Assembly: GCA_965645245.1 (NCBI GenBank)
Contig: OZ287079.1
Location: 372,001 to 436,000, forward strand
DNA: 64,000 nt
DNA from: Massalongia carnosa
Taxonomy: Eukaryota
Direction of reading: 5' to 3'
The position numbers and the translations under genes were made by a program. Position 1 is the first letter of the stretch. The number at the start of each line of letters is the position of its first letter. Below are positions 48,090 to 60,355 of this stretch, piece by piece. The notes below the pieces were generated by a model. It was not told the origin of the DNA and made no database searches. It saw only the letters and a program-made list of their open reading frames with translations.

Positions 48090-50300
48090 GCATCAGCGTC
48101 CCACATAACTCCCTGCAAAAGGAGATGTTCTTCGACTGCTCTCAAGCAAGTGTCATTATCACCGGCATTATCCAAAACACAGTAGCCGAGCCTACCCTTA
48201 GTTTATTAAACTTCAAGGGCCTTGACTATTAATTTTGACATATTCTCTCCACTATGGGGTCCAATAAGACGCTTCATGCCAAGAATCACTGTACGTGCTT
48301 GCCAGGAACGATCAATAAAGTGACAGCAAAGACCTAGCATAGAGAAATTTTTAGGAGACGACCATAAGTCAAAGGATATATGGACTTGGCAGTTACTTTC
48401 CACTATTAACTAAATCAATACAAGTTGACAAGCTAGAAATAGCTCTAATAGTGCAGCTTTAATCGACTTGGGGAGTGTATCATTGCCTCGTAAATACGGA
48501 CTTGAATATAAAAGCAGGTCTCGAAAAGCACGCTGCTCTACAATGGCAAAAGGAATTTGACAAATATAAAGTAATCGTAAGAGCTTTTGTCGAAAGACTT
48601 CTGGACTAAAAGGAGCAACTACTACCCCTTGTTGAAGCTGTTCAACAACAGAGACAGATGCCCTAGCAGCTGCTTTCCTTAGGTGGAACAAGATTATGGT
48701 TCTTTCGTAAGTGCTCTCCCAGTGCCGTTTGTGATCAAATACTCAGTATTAGAACTGTCACAATTCAACCACTGGCTGGTTCATTGAACTAACGAGAATA
48801 CGGCTTCTGCCGACAAGCTAACCACTCTCGTCACTTAATCCAAGATTAAGCGGGCATAAGGGACGAAAGCTCCGCGGCGCTAAACCTTATTCCCGATCAT
48901 CATCACAAAGCGAAAACGGACAAACCGTAGAGGCAACAAAGGCATGAAAGGGGCACTTCGGAAGAACACTTCCGAAGCAAACAGATGGACGAAAGAATCA
49001 AAGGTAGAAGATACTGTTTGGTCAAACTAATCACTTCCGAAGGAAGTAGACAAACAGCTGTGTTGAGGCAAGCAATTATATAGACTCCTAGAGGGGACTT
49101 CCTTTGCTTGTTTCTTTTCTGCATCTTTGATATTTTCAGTTTCATAGCTTCCTAGTTGGTAGCCAATTCCATCCTAGTTGAACCGTAACAAGAACCGTCT
49201 GCAACACCTGTAGTTAATTAGCTTTAATAATCGTTAATATAAACTAAATAGATATTGGACAAATGTATAGTACATGTCAAAATGACAAATCGATGGTTCG
49301 GTGTATATAAAATGGGCGGAATTGCACTGAATTCTATACACACTTTCATAGCAAACATAGCAAATAAGTATAAATTTGGTACTTTACATTTGTTACACAC
49401 CCAATAGGCCTTGCCCTCCCTCTCTGCCTTGGTTCCCCAATCCCATATCCAACTACGGCTCGCTCTAGCTCTCTTTTGAAGCTATTCCACTTGTAGGAGA
49501 CGCAAACCGGCCACCAATAACCCTGCCTTCAATAGAAGGTGTAGGTGACGACCTAGCAGGGCTGCTGGAACGGTCACCAGGAGCGTTCCTGTCGTCCTCA
49601 GAGTATATAGTGCCGCTCAGGGTGATATGGGGACGCTCCGTAGCTTGGGAAGACGTTGAGGGTGCAGGGGAACGTCGAGAAAAGCTCAGGGCTGACTGGG
49701 ATGGAGACCTCTGCCATACATTAATATATAAGCTTGATTAAATAAAGGATATGGATCAATACTCTTGAAGCTTTATTCCCAAGCTCTGCTGAACCAACCG
49801 TACGCTTTCTGCCACGCGTAATACGTTCAGGAACGTCGATGTCACCTGCTCCAGGAAGCTCAAATACTGATTCTGTCTCGCCAGGGTCGGGGCGGGTTGT
49901 AGTCGTATCGTCACTAATATCAGACATCACTGCAAGTACGGTTCGGGACGGATTTTGGTGGTTTCTAGTTTAAATAGAAGCAAGTTCAGTCTATAGCAAG
50001 TGATATTTGTAGGTTGACACGAATAAAAGCAGTGAAACAAGTGAAATATCACTTAAAATGTGGGAATTACCATAGCTTTAATGCCCCTGGAGCTATACCT
50101 AAAACTCCACCTATAGTTAGACCCTAATCCATTGGACTCCATGGAGTCTACTCCATTAGATAAATCCTTATTGGAGTGACTCCATTAAGCCTAAAACCTT
50201 ATTGGATGGTCTCCATTTAAAAAAAAAACCCCTTTGGAGTGGATTGGAGTAGATTAAATGGAGTGGATATCCATTAAGAATCACTCCATTGCGAACACTG
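48030..50300 (-). mobile_element. Degenerate hAT transposon (5' end present, 3' half lost)
   Basis: CAGTGTTCGC terminus at 50300 with subterminal ACTCCAT/ATGGAGT repeats at 50100-50290; WVCNKC BED finger, ISFDLWSS, LDNAGDND, RLRCFGH. Confidence 0.85.
48756..49190 (-). mobile_element. Complete solo LTR of family X (435 bp) inserted in the hAT transposase
   Basis: TG..CA ends; TSD AGAAC at 48751-48755 and 49191-49195. Confidence 0.92.
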
Positions 50301-51874
50301 GTTTAACCTACAAATCATTAGCTGATAATTCAAACTTCAAGCTGAGTCAATTATCCAACTTACCTCAGCTGTCTTTTGTCCGGCAAACACGTCCAAAGTC
50401 AGTAAACGCTTAGTAGAAGAAGAAAGGAATCCCTCAGTAGCGTATTTGTATTGCTGTCTCAACCACCGACACCTGACGATGGAATTGAAATAAGCCTTCG
50501 AATTCCATTGCACCACTACTCCTTTGTCGTATTTTGTCATCTCCTTCCTGATGCTATTGTTTTTTACCCCATCCTTGCCTTTGAAGATGAGAAGAGGTTT
50601 GCATCGAGGAATGCCGTCCGCTGAGACGTATAGCATTAGAGTAGCTTGTCTATAGTCCCAACCACTCCGATGAGTCTTGATCCAGACGGTTTTTGCACCT
50701 TTGAAGTCGTAGCAATGTCCAGATAGAAATTCGTACGCAATGGGAGTCTGATCCATGTTTCCTATGTCGCATAGTCGATATCTTCCACCTCCATGCAAAG
50801 GGGGATGATCAATAAAAGGTTGAGAATTGCGACGATTGAATTGCAACCAGCTCACAATTCGAGCCCGAAAATTCTCAGGGGCCTAATTACGTTATTTAGT
50901 GAGTAAACAAGCTAATGCATCATTCATTGTAAAACCTCATCTTTTTACCTACCATTTGCGATACTTTCGTCGCCGCTCGAACACTGATGCAATGTCGCCT
51001 TTTGAAGCCATTAAACCGTCCTTGAGAGAATGCAAATTCAGTGTACTGAGTCAATTGCTGAGAGGTTTCGATCACTCGATCCGGATGCAATTCGCCATAA
51101 ATCTTCTTTGCATAACGAATAAACCATCTTTTATTGATTTTACGTCCGACCTTCCTGACTTCATTGAATAAAGTCGTCAAACAAGCTTCCATTTCAGGCT
51201 CCTGACATGTATTATTGTTGACGCGGAATTTCCTGGTTCCTCTTGTCATGAGCTCAATATTATGTCTCTGTTTCAGCCAATCCCAAAGCATGGCTGGAGT
51301 GATGCCGAGATCTTTGGCGGCAGCGTATTTACTGATGAGTCGTTGACTTCCATCTTTTTGAGTCTTCCAAGTTGTAGTCGCATAGCTAATAGCTCCTAGT
51401 TTTTGCTCTTTAGTGTAGGAAATACGACGTCTTGTCTCTTCTTTATCTTTCTCTTCATTCACTTGATTCATTAAATCAGAGCTGTCATCAGCTTGTCTCT
51501 GTCTTTGCAGTCGAAACTGGTCAACAATCGAGTCCGATAAACCAGGCATTTGCGGTCGAGAAGACTGGGTAGACGCGTTTCGATTAACCCGGGCGGCAGC
51601 TATACTACGAAGCATGAGGGGTTTGAAAGCAGGACCAGGACGACGAGATTTGGATGGAGACATAGTATGAGGAGGTGCCATAATTGAAAGAATGAACCAA
51701 AGAGTTTGAATGTCAGAATAAATTTTTTTGCGAGGTAGCTTCTCATACAAATTTTGGTGCGTTGCTACTTAATTATTATAATTGTTGAAAATAGCGGTGT
51801 CTTAATGACTGAGATGTAAGAGATTCAATAAACCTAGCTCGCGTTTATTGAACCTGGCTCGCGTTCATTGAATA
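50301..51874 (-). mobile_element. pogo/CENP-B-type DDE transposase relic, truncated by the hAT
   Basis: HTH region ending FSQGRFNGFKRRH (50920-51750); NMDQTP and LTLDVFAGQ (50337-50855); repeated and palindromic 20-mers at 51823-51874. Confidence 0.8.
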
Positions 51875-52353
51875 TGGAAGAGGTTCATTGAGGATGTGCC
51901 ATACCCGTTTGTCATAGAATTACCTCGCACCCTTCCACGTTTCCTGATCGAGTTAGTATTTAACAGGCTCTCTTGCCGTGAAATCTGCCCTGCATGCAAG
52001 CCTACGACTGGGATTGCCCAGCAGAGAGAGATTGCTTCGGCATGAAGAAAGGTAGGACAGGTCAAAGCGATCATGATTAGGAAATTAGAACATGAATAGA
52101 GATAAGGGCAAGTCAAGAATAGAGGAGTTGGAAGCCAAGGCTATAAAACCTATGTGATTTCCCAGATGTTTGGAAATCTTTGTCGGACGTCTTGTATATT
52201 GTTCCTAGATCTAGCTTTCTAGAAACTCTTGCATATCTCCCTATCTGAACCTACTTATTAAACTCTTCGGCCTATAAAAGCTCGTTCAAATCTGACTTTT
52301 TTAGATGATTTGGCTATACCGATCCGGTTTTATTTATCAGATAATACGGTAGG

Positions 52354-52471
52354 CCTGTGCCTCGCGCACTGCAGATGAGTAGGAAAGATGATTAAAAAGA
52401 TGAAGTATGAAAACGACAGAAGAAAATCAAGAAATATCCGAACGGCAAGATGCTAGCAACCGACAACCTGA
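52354..52471 (-). repeat. Right arm of the 118-bp inverted repeat (partner 44029-44146)
   Basis: Reverse complement aligns with 44029-44146 with scattered mismatches. Confidence 0.88.
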
Positions 52472-53091
52472 CGTCATCAGCTGATATCACAACTCGACCT
52501 ATCACCTGAGGTGGAGTTCCACCCCTCCATAACGTGCACGTGATAATCGCATGATTATCGCGTGTCATATGTCATGTTTTGCTTGAATCAGATAACGTTG
52601 ATGTTTCATGATAAGATTGATAGAGAAAGCTTAATAACCCTAAATAAATAAGCGAAAAAACCGCGGAAGGATGAACTGATCCGTCTACACGTTCAGCCCT
52701 GTCGACTCGTTGTCGACCTTGTCTAACTTAGTCTTCTACAAACGAATTTGTTTTTTTATATTGCTTTTCTAACGTCTATAAACCGCATCCTATCTTGCGA
52801 GCAAACTCGGACAAATCCTGATAAAGTCTACGCTACAGAAGTACTCCTGTTTCAATAAGAATCTCCGTTATCAATGATATCACAAATCGTGCACACGACA
52901 ACTCCGCAGCCAGCAAGGGATGAAACCGTTTATATAACTCAAAGTCAAAGTTTATGTGCACACGACTGATCAAAACCAAAATGCGGGATGGTGATGTTTC
53001 AACTTATAAATCCGTGTAGAAGACATGAGAACCCCCCGATTTCTTTTCTGATCCGAAATTGCGCTTCACGCAACTGTGTCTGACTGTCGAG

Positions 53092-55454
53092 ATGAGATTC
53101 CACGTATCCTTTGCGCTTGTGATGCTGACAGTCCCGCCCTCGATCGTCGCCCATGTGCTTCCACGAGAGTCACCGGATCCGAACGCAGATACGGGACCGT
53201 TCGTCTCAAACGGTGTTAACTCAGGTTAAGTTCCTCCACTAAAAAAATGTTCATGTAACAGCTCGCAGAACGCTGACTCGGAACGCTTTGCAGAGTCTCT
53301 AGATTTGACGGATGTTGACCAGGTGCTAGCTAATCCCATTGACGCCGTTACATCAAACGCAGTCGCGTGGAATCAATCTCCCGCTTCTTCCAACGAAATG
53401 CCCTTGTTCCCGGATACAGTCTCCATCGCGACGTCCTGTCGAGATGATAAGACCAACAAGATTCACTCGAAGAAGAAACGGACGTCTGAAAACAGAAACG
53501 ATGATATATCCCTGATCGATGATGAGGATGTCATCAACGAGAATTCCTGCCCGGCGAGCTCGGTGACAGTTCCAGAAAAGCTGCCCATACCAAATCCACC
53601 GACAAGTCCTCAGCCACTTTCCGCGCCGGATTGGCTCTACCCTACCGTCTCCGACGACAAAAGCAAGGGCTGCAGGCCCCTACACCCCATACGACTCTGC
53701 TCCACCGGTGAGCCGGAATCCTTTTCTGCTACCATGGGGATATGGAGAATGGTTTATGATTATTTTACTTGTAAGTTGGTTTTTGTATTTGCTCGTCATG
53801 TCCCCCTCCCCCACTTCTTTCGTCCATTACTGAGCGATTTCGGGAACGGTCGGTGTCTAACGGTTGGCGATGGTCGTCAGGGACGCCGGGTTGCGCTCCG
53901 CAGAAAGACTGGTCACAGCGGGTGTCAAAAGTTTTTACCTAATGAGGGTAGGATTTTTAAGCGATAATCCCCTTCCTCCCCTAATCAACCATGGCACCAT
54001 CTACTCCACCACCACACGCCAAAAAATCCCCTGATGCTGATACCATCAGAAAAACCTGCTTTTTCATGCTTTTGATCATCGGCCGGAATGTCATCATCAA
54101 AGATGTCTGCGAGCAGGAGAGCATCAAGCTCGATCGAGGAAAATATTGGCTGAAGCAACGCCAGCGTCTTGAAGACGTCGCCTATCGACGACGTTCTCGT
54201 AGCGGTCGACCTAAAAAAGTGAGCATTTAGTTGATAAATCAAATGCTGAATTCACATACAAATAGCGTTCGCGATCAGCCGTACACCGTACAATTGGAGC
54301 ACTTTCATATAGATGCAACGCGACGTACACTGCAAAGAGGATTCAGTGCTCGCAAACCTCGTGCTGCTCGATTTAAAAAAGCGAAGGTGAAAACGCTCAG
54401 TCAGAAAAACGAGCGACTACGAGTTCTATACGGGAAAGAGCATGAAAATCATACTATTGAGAATTTCTGGCAGTACGTTCATTTCACGGATGAGGCTCAT
54501 TTCGACCCGTATCAAACGTACCAAGAGCAAGTTCTTCGAGAGGAAGGCACTAGATACGAGTCAGAAAACATGCAAAAGATGCCGGACATGAAGGGAGTAA
54601 AACTGCATTTGGCCGCTTCTATTTCGTGGCATCATAAAGGGCCGCTGACGTTTTACAATGACGAGCACGACGCGCCTGAAATTCAGGTTCACAAGCCCAG
54701 AAAACCACACAAGTCGAAGTATGAAACGGAGCATGATCATCGTCAGCGAATAGCTGAATGGGAGGCATCTCTACCTCACGATTTAGAAATTAAATCAAAA
54801 GGCAATAGCATGACTCAAGCTTACTTTACGGAGCGTCTGCTTCCCGGCTATATGACTGAAATTCATGAATGTCGTGTTTTTCATGATCGATTTTGCATCT
54901 TTCAAGAAGATAACGATCCTAGTCACGGCACACGATCTACAGACAATATCGTACGTAGATTTAAGGCAGCTAGCTGGATTGAAACGTTGAATCATCCTCC
55001 GCAATCCCCTGATCTCAATCCAACGGAAGGGGTATGGAATATTCTGAAACAGCGAGTTAGACGGCGACGGTGCAGCAATGTGAGAGAGTTAAAACGGGTG
55101 ATTCTAGATGAATGGAACAAAATATCTATAGATGAAATTCGGGCCCGAATTAAGGAGATGCCTGATCGATGTAAGAGGTTAATAGCGACGGAGGGCAAAG
55201 CAATAAAATCCGATCTATGGTAAATTCTGATGATTTTGGTGAGGTGCCTTGAAAATTTTGGTGAGGGGCCCTGACCCCCATTAGGTAAAAACTTTTGACA
55301 CCCACGTGGGTGTTGTCAAAATCATTTGGTAAGTGATGCGTTGGATCTAGAGTACCGCGATACAATGATCGATAATCATATTAACTTGCTCGTATAGGTC
55401 AAATTGCCGCGAACGCCAGGATTTCGCTGCAAAAATTATTTCATTCAGTTGTGA
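53092..55454 (+). pseudogene. Secreted Cys-rich protein, paralog 2, exon 3 interrupted by a Tc1-like element
   Basis: Signal peptide MRFHVSFALVML..; HPIRLCS.GEP, GCAPQKDW then insertion then CCQNHL; last exon PGFRCKNYFIQL*. Confidence 0.85.
53914..55308 (+). mobile_element. Tc1-like DD38E transposon; transposase has one in-frame TAG at 54228-54230
   Basis: TIRs GGGTGTCAAAAGTTTTTACCTAATG; FTDEAH, QEDNDPSH, SPDLNPTE; flanked by GGT at 53911-53913 and 55309-55311. Confidence 0.92.
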
Positions 55455-55652
55455 TTAAATCATTACGTTCAGTCTTGATGTGATCAGGAATTTTTTTTGG
55501 TTGTATTGAGGAAGAATGAACCCATGTCATTTACGAATTTATGGTTACCGAATCGTCGTTATTAAATATGACTTCTTCATAAAAACAGCTCATATGTTAT
55601 AGATTGATTGTTTTGTTGGAAAAAGTCCAATGGTAAATTTACAGCACAGTTA

Positions 55653-56771
55653 TCATTCAACAACTTCAAACTTTACCTCCTCTTCACAAACAAGATCAAT
55701 AGGCGGCACTGCTCCCAAAGACCCATCCCCTCTCTGTAAGGCATACCGCATAACCTCATCCACACTGTCCTCGCTCCACCATTCCCACTTCCCTTTCAGC
55801 ACCCTTAAAACATAGACACCCCCAACCCTCAGCTCCTCCAAACCACTGTATCTTCTCATAGGATCCAGGACTCTGCGCTCAATATACGGCACCTCCGAAT
55901 CAAGACGCAAAAACTCTTCCCGGCGCCAGGGTCCGTCGATGTTGCCATCGTCTATCAGGTCGGGCGCGACACGTTTCCGGGTCACGGCGTCTAGGATCTC
56001 GATGTCACTGTCGGAGAGTTTTACGCGGTCTCGCTCCGCAAGCACGGTTACAGACTTGGGGGAGTGGGACGTGAACGTAAGGGAGAATGTGAACGGGGGG
56101 TTATTGGAGCAGGAGAGGACGGTGGGTGCGGTGAGCGAGACGGAGACGCGAGGAGGCTGAGGGGCGGAAGCGCGGGTAGAGAAGGTCACGACCGTGTTGG
56201 CAGCGTCCCAAGAAATGGCCGTCGGAGGCGACGACGGAGGAGGAAGCGAGCCGTGATGCGTAGCTGCGAACTCCTGGATTTCCTCTCGCGTTGACCGATC
56301 ACCAGTCCAGTGCGTGACCAATGCGGAGGCATTGAAGCGAACAGTGTAGTTTTGGCCCGGGTGGAGAGCGGCGGGGTTGAAGAATAGTTCGTAGGTTCGC
56401 GGATTGATGGCCGTGGTGAAGGTGATGTACTCGGTTCGGTGGGGATGGAGGGTCAACAATGCACAACGACCTGCCGAGTCCGTGTCTTCATCGAAGTCGG
56501 ACGGTCTAGTTGCATTCCCCTGCTGCTGACTGTCTCCAAATACTTGAATCGATGGATCGGAATCTAGGATTTCAAGGCAGTCAAGAATGCTGACCGACTG
56601 TATGGGTCCTGACTCGGTCGAAAGTCCATGCCCATGTTTGAGAAGCGTAATTGGCGATTCGCTATCGTGAAGCGCGAGGAACAGCACGAGACTGAAGCGA
56701 GGTTCTCGAGATAGATGGCATATTCTGTCCGCTTGAAGACGGACCTCAATCCTGGGTGGTCGAGCTGGCAT
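55653..56771 (-). CDS. Hypothetical protein (372 aa)
   Basis: Long ATG-initiated ORF with coding-like composition; no motif recognised. Confidence 0.7.
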   Translation of the reverse strand: MPARPPRIEVRLQADRICHLSREPRFSLVLFLALHDSESPITLLKHGHGLSTESGPIQSVSILDCLEILDSDPSIQVFGDSQQQGNATRPSDFDEDTDSAGRCALLTLHPHRTEYITFTTAINPRTYELFFNPAALHPGQNYTVRFNASALVTHWTGDRSTREEIQEFAATHHGSLPPPSSPPTAISWDAANTVVTFSTRASAPQPPRVSVSLTAPTVLSCSNNPPFTFSLTFTSHSPKSVTVLAERDRVKLSDSDIEILDAVTRKRVAPDLIDDGNIDGPWRREEFLRLDSEVPYIERRVLDPMRRYSGLEELRVGGVYVLRVLKGKWEWWSEDSVDEVMRYALQRGDGSLGAVPPIDLVCEEEVKFEVVE

Positions 56772-57997
56772 TTTTTCGCAATTAGGTAAGGAGAAACGCC
56801 GTTGTGGTATGGGTCATTATGAGAGGAGAGCAAGTCATCGATGTTCAGGTCGATTGATGCGGCGGAGGTTGAAATAGATATAAGAGGCGTGGTATGACTT
56901 GAAAACTATAAAAAACGAGACAGTTAAACAACGATACGGATTTTTTTTAGGACGAGTTTTCACTGATATTAAATTTACACGTATATATTAATTAAAAATA
57001 AGATTAATTATATTTGAAATATTAAAATATCAAAAACCAAAAATCAAAAACCAGCAAATTAAACTCTCATACTCGTTATCTTAACTGAGTTTATCATACG
57101 CTAACAGACAAATATAAGAATCACAGTTTTTTATTCTATCATCATGTATTATTAACCGGCTCGACGGGAGACCAATTGCGTAATATGTCCTCGGCTCGCT
57201 ACAGGTATAAATTTCGCTTCCAACAAGTGCTGTACGATGCGCCCGTATTTAAACCTGAAACTGCCCCGAAGAAATTAAAGTACACTCGTAACTAACTAAG
57301 GCGAAGTAAGCTCGGAGCAAGCACGATGCGCTCGTGATTCATTTCAAGGTTTTTGAAGGTGCGGAATCGGTTCCTGAATCGATGATGTCAGTGTCAACGT
57401 TCCTGAAAGTTCCATACAATCCTGCCAGTCTAGATGTAACATTTCCCTCTCATCATGGTCAAGTAGATATGACTTGCTTCCCGCGACTGCGTTCTACACA
57501 GGTATGGAGTCGTCGAGGATTAGCCTACCTTATGCTAAAAAAAGACTAGTACATAAAGTGTTCAGCGGCTGGATGACCACCGAACATGGCACCAACATTT
57601 TTACGTGCCGCACATCGGCGCAGATCTACACTCAATATCGTGAAGAAAAAGGGTTCTTCTTTCTTTAGTCGGGGTTCAAAATCTCAACTTGCCCCATTCC
57701 AACAATGCTGCAACCGTTGGTGATAGCCTCGTGTGCAAGCCTGTAGCATGGGCTGTGTCTGCGCATTTAGGCACAGCACCAACGCAAACAGATGTCGTGC
57801 CGAGTGGGGATGAAATGATAGGCTCGCGATGTTTGTGGTTCTTGGGGGCGCAGGCTGTGGTTCCCGTCATTCTACGAGATCGTTGGAGGGTTTACATGAA
57901 TCATGACATATAAAAGGCTGCCAATCGATCCTTTGATGTTGAATATACGTTCAAAGCAGAAAGTCCCTGCACTTGATCAAGATTCCTGCTCTTTGCC

Positions 57998-59503
57998 ATG
58001 TATTTTCCCGGTTCAATCGCACTTGCACTCCCTCTGTTCGCAGCCTTCGTTTCTGCCACGCCCGTTGATCGGTGAGTCGTTGGATCAGTCTCGTTTGTGC
58101 TCGTGCTTACCATTTGGCACAGTCTATCCCCAGACCCAGTCCGTCGTGTGCCAGATCTAGTGAAACGTATCGACCCTGGACCATCTCCCTACCCCTACGG
58201 CGACGAACTCGTTAATGAATTCAAATGGCATGGCTGGGACCCCGCTGACGCCGGTCAGAGAGCCGACGCACTGAAAATCCACAACGCCTACAACGATTGG
58301 GTCAACATGATCGCCTTCGCATGGAGGGAAGCCGACCAGAAGACCGATACCTTCAAGCGCTGGTTCGACGAGAGCAACGCGCAGGACGTCAAGAATGTGT
58401 TGGAGAGAATGGTCTCGCAGTCGGGTGTTCAACAAGCGACGCCTTTAATGACGGGCTGGATTTGCGAGAGGGAAGATATCAAGGGCGGGTGCACTCCGGG
58501 CAAGAACGCGTATTCCGTCTCCAACAAGGGACAGTTCCATCTCTGCCCGCCTGCGGTCGCGCTGCCGAATGCCAATGATTTGACGTGCACCGATCTGGAT
58601 GGATATGCATCGGCGAAGTTGAAGAGCGTGGCGTTTACCATGTTGCACGAGTCCACGTAAGTGCGTTCCTAATCCAGTGGTAGTCTCGGGAGTGGAAATC
58701 ATATTGATTAACCAATTTCGTTGTGTTCTAGCCATTGGACCCAAGTCGGCGACACCGCGCTCGCGAAACACATTGGCGACAAAGCGAACGGCGCATCTGA
58801 TTGCGTCAACCTCAGCAAAGACGACAAGCTGATCAACGCGCAAAACTACGCTTTCCTTGGCGCGGTTCGTCCTCTCCCCCCTCTCTCCTTTCCCTTCATC
58901 CTCTTCACTAAACCACTCAACTAACCCCGCACCCATCCCGTCCACAGGAAGCATATTTCCAGGTCAAAGGATGCACGTTCACCGACCCACCCCCAGGCAC
59001 CCGCGGCACCGACGACACCAACGATGACACCTCCGTCTCCACGGACACCTACACCGGCGGCTGGTGCGGCATCCATGTGACCCAGTATCAAAAGAACGAG
59101 GACTCCGGCCCCGTGACCCACAGCCCGGAGTACGTGCTCAGCGTATGCGTGTTCGACGGGGCGCAAGTTTTACTCAACCAGTTCCCCGGCGAGCCGCAGG
59201 GCCAGTGCGGCCAGTTTGTCGCGCCGAACGGGTCACCGCAGCCGGTAAGTGATTTCCTATCATCCTTTTCCGAGGGAGATCCGGACGAGAAGAAGAAGCG
59301 AGGCGCTGATTTGATTTTGATCGGGTTAGATTGATACGGCACTGCCTTTCCTCGTGCACGTGACGGCCGGAGCCGTGGACGACGACCCCGTCTGGTTCGA
59401 GTATGGCGATCAGAGGTGGAACAGCAACGATCAGGCCCATCACTCCAATTTCGGGGCTTATGACAATGGGAAGAGAGAGGGGGACACGGGATTCAGTTGC
59501 TAA
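57998..59503 (+). CDS. Secreted HExxH zinc metalloprotease (deuterolysin/M35-like) with an extra C-terminal domain, multi-exon
   Basis: Signal peptide MYFPGSIALALPLFAAFVSA; KR processing site; HESTH split by an intron at about 58657-58730; NAQNY; C-terminal WCGIHVTQYQKNE...GDTGFSC. Confidence 0.8.
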
Positions 59504-60355
59504 GCTGCTCGCATTTGTATAAGGGCAAGTTATGTGGATGTTTGTAGTAATTCGATTAGGGCGAAAGATTATGTCGAGACCGAGTGGGGGCTGGTTGTGG
59601 ACGGCCGATGGAGGCCGAGGGCAAGGGTGATGTTCGAATACTCCAACAAGAAAGAAGGAAAGAGAGCATGACTCGATGATCTTTTGACAATTTTTTTCTT
59701 TCATTATCATTGATTAAAGGTTCAGAGTCAAAAGACTTCTTTTTTTTCTTTTTCCGGTTTATTCTCCTCTTGAAATGATCACATTATAATAAATGGAGTT
59801 TTTGTTTCATTCAACGATAAAAGCCCGCGGATTTTTCGTGATATATGTGTGGGTCCACCTACCTAGCACCTGACGTGGCAGCGATGGCTACGTCTTGATG
59901 CTTGGTTTGGTGGATGATGTTTTCATTCAGGCTATGGGAATGGCTATCTATGTAGGGAGCACTTGATAACCACGTGCTCGCTTATCTGGTCCCATCGATT
60001 CCATCCCCCCTTTTCTAGTGTACCAACAATATGTTTGTCTTTGTTTTTGTATCGAATTGACATTGAAAATAAGTAAACATTAAGGTGTTTCGAGCAAGTA
60101 AGATGTGAGCGCAGAATTAAGGAATAAGGAAAACGACGGAAATGTTTTTGTTTTAATTTATTCTCTGTTCTTTGCGGGTTTGAATTGATCAAAGTGTTTG
60201 AATAATCATTGAGGCCTGGAACTTTAGGAGCTGAGGATGATGATGATGAAGCTGACGACAAGAAACGGCAAAAGGAATACAGGTTAAACTTATGCGTAGT
60301 AAGATCAATACATCGGGATCTTGAGATGGGATAGATTGCTGTCATCTCATAGGCC

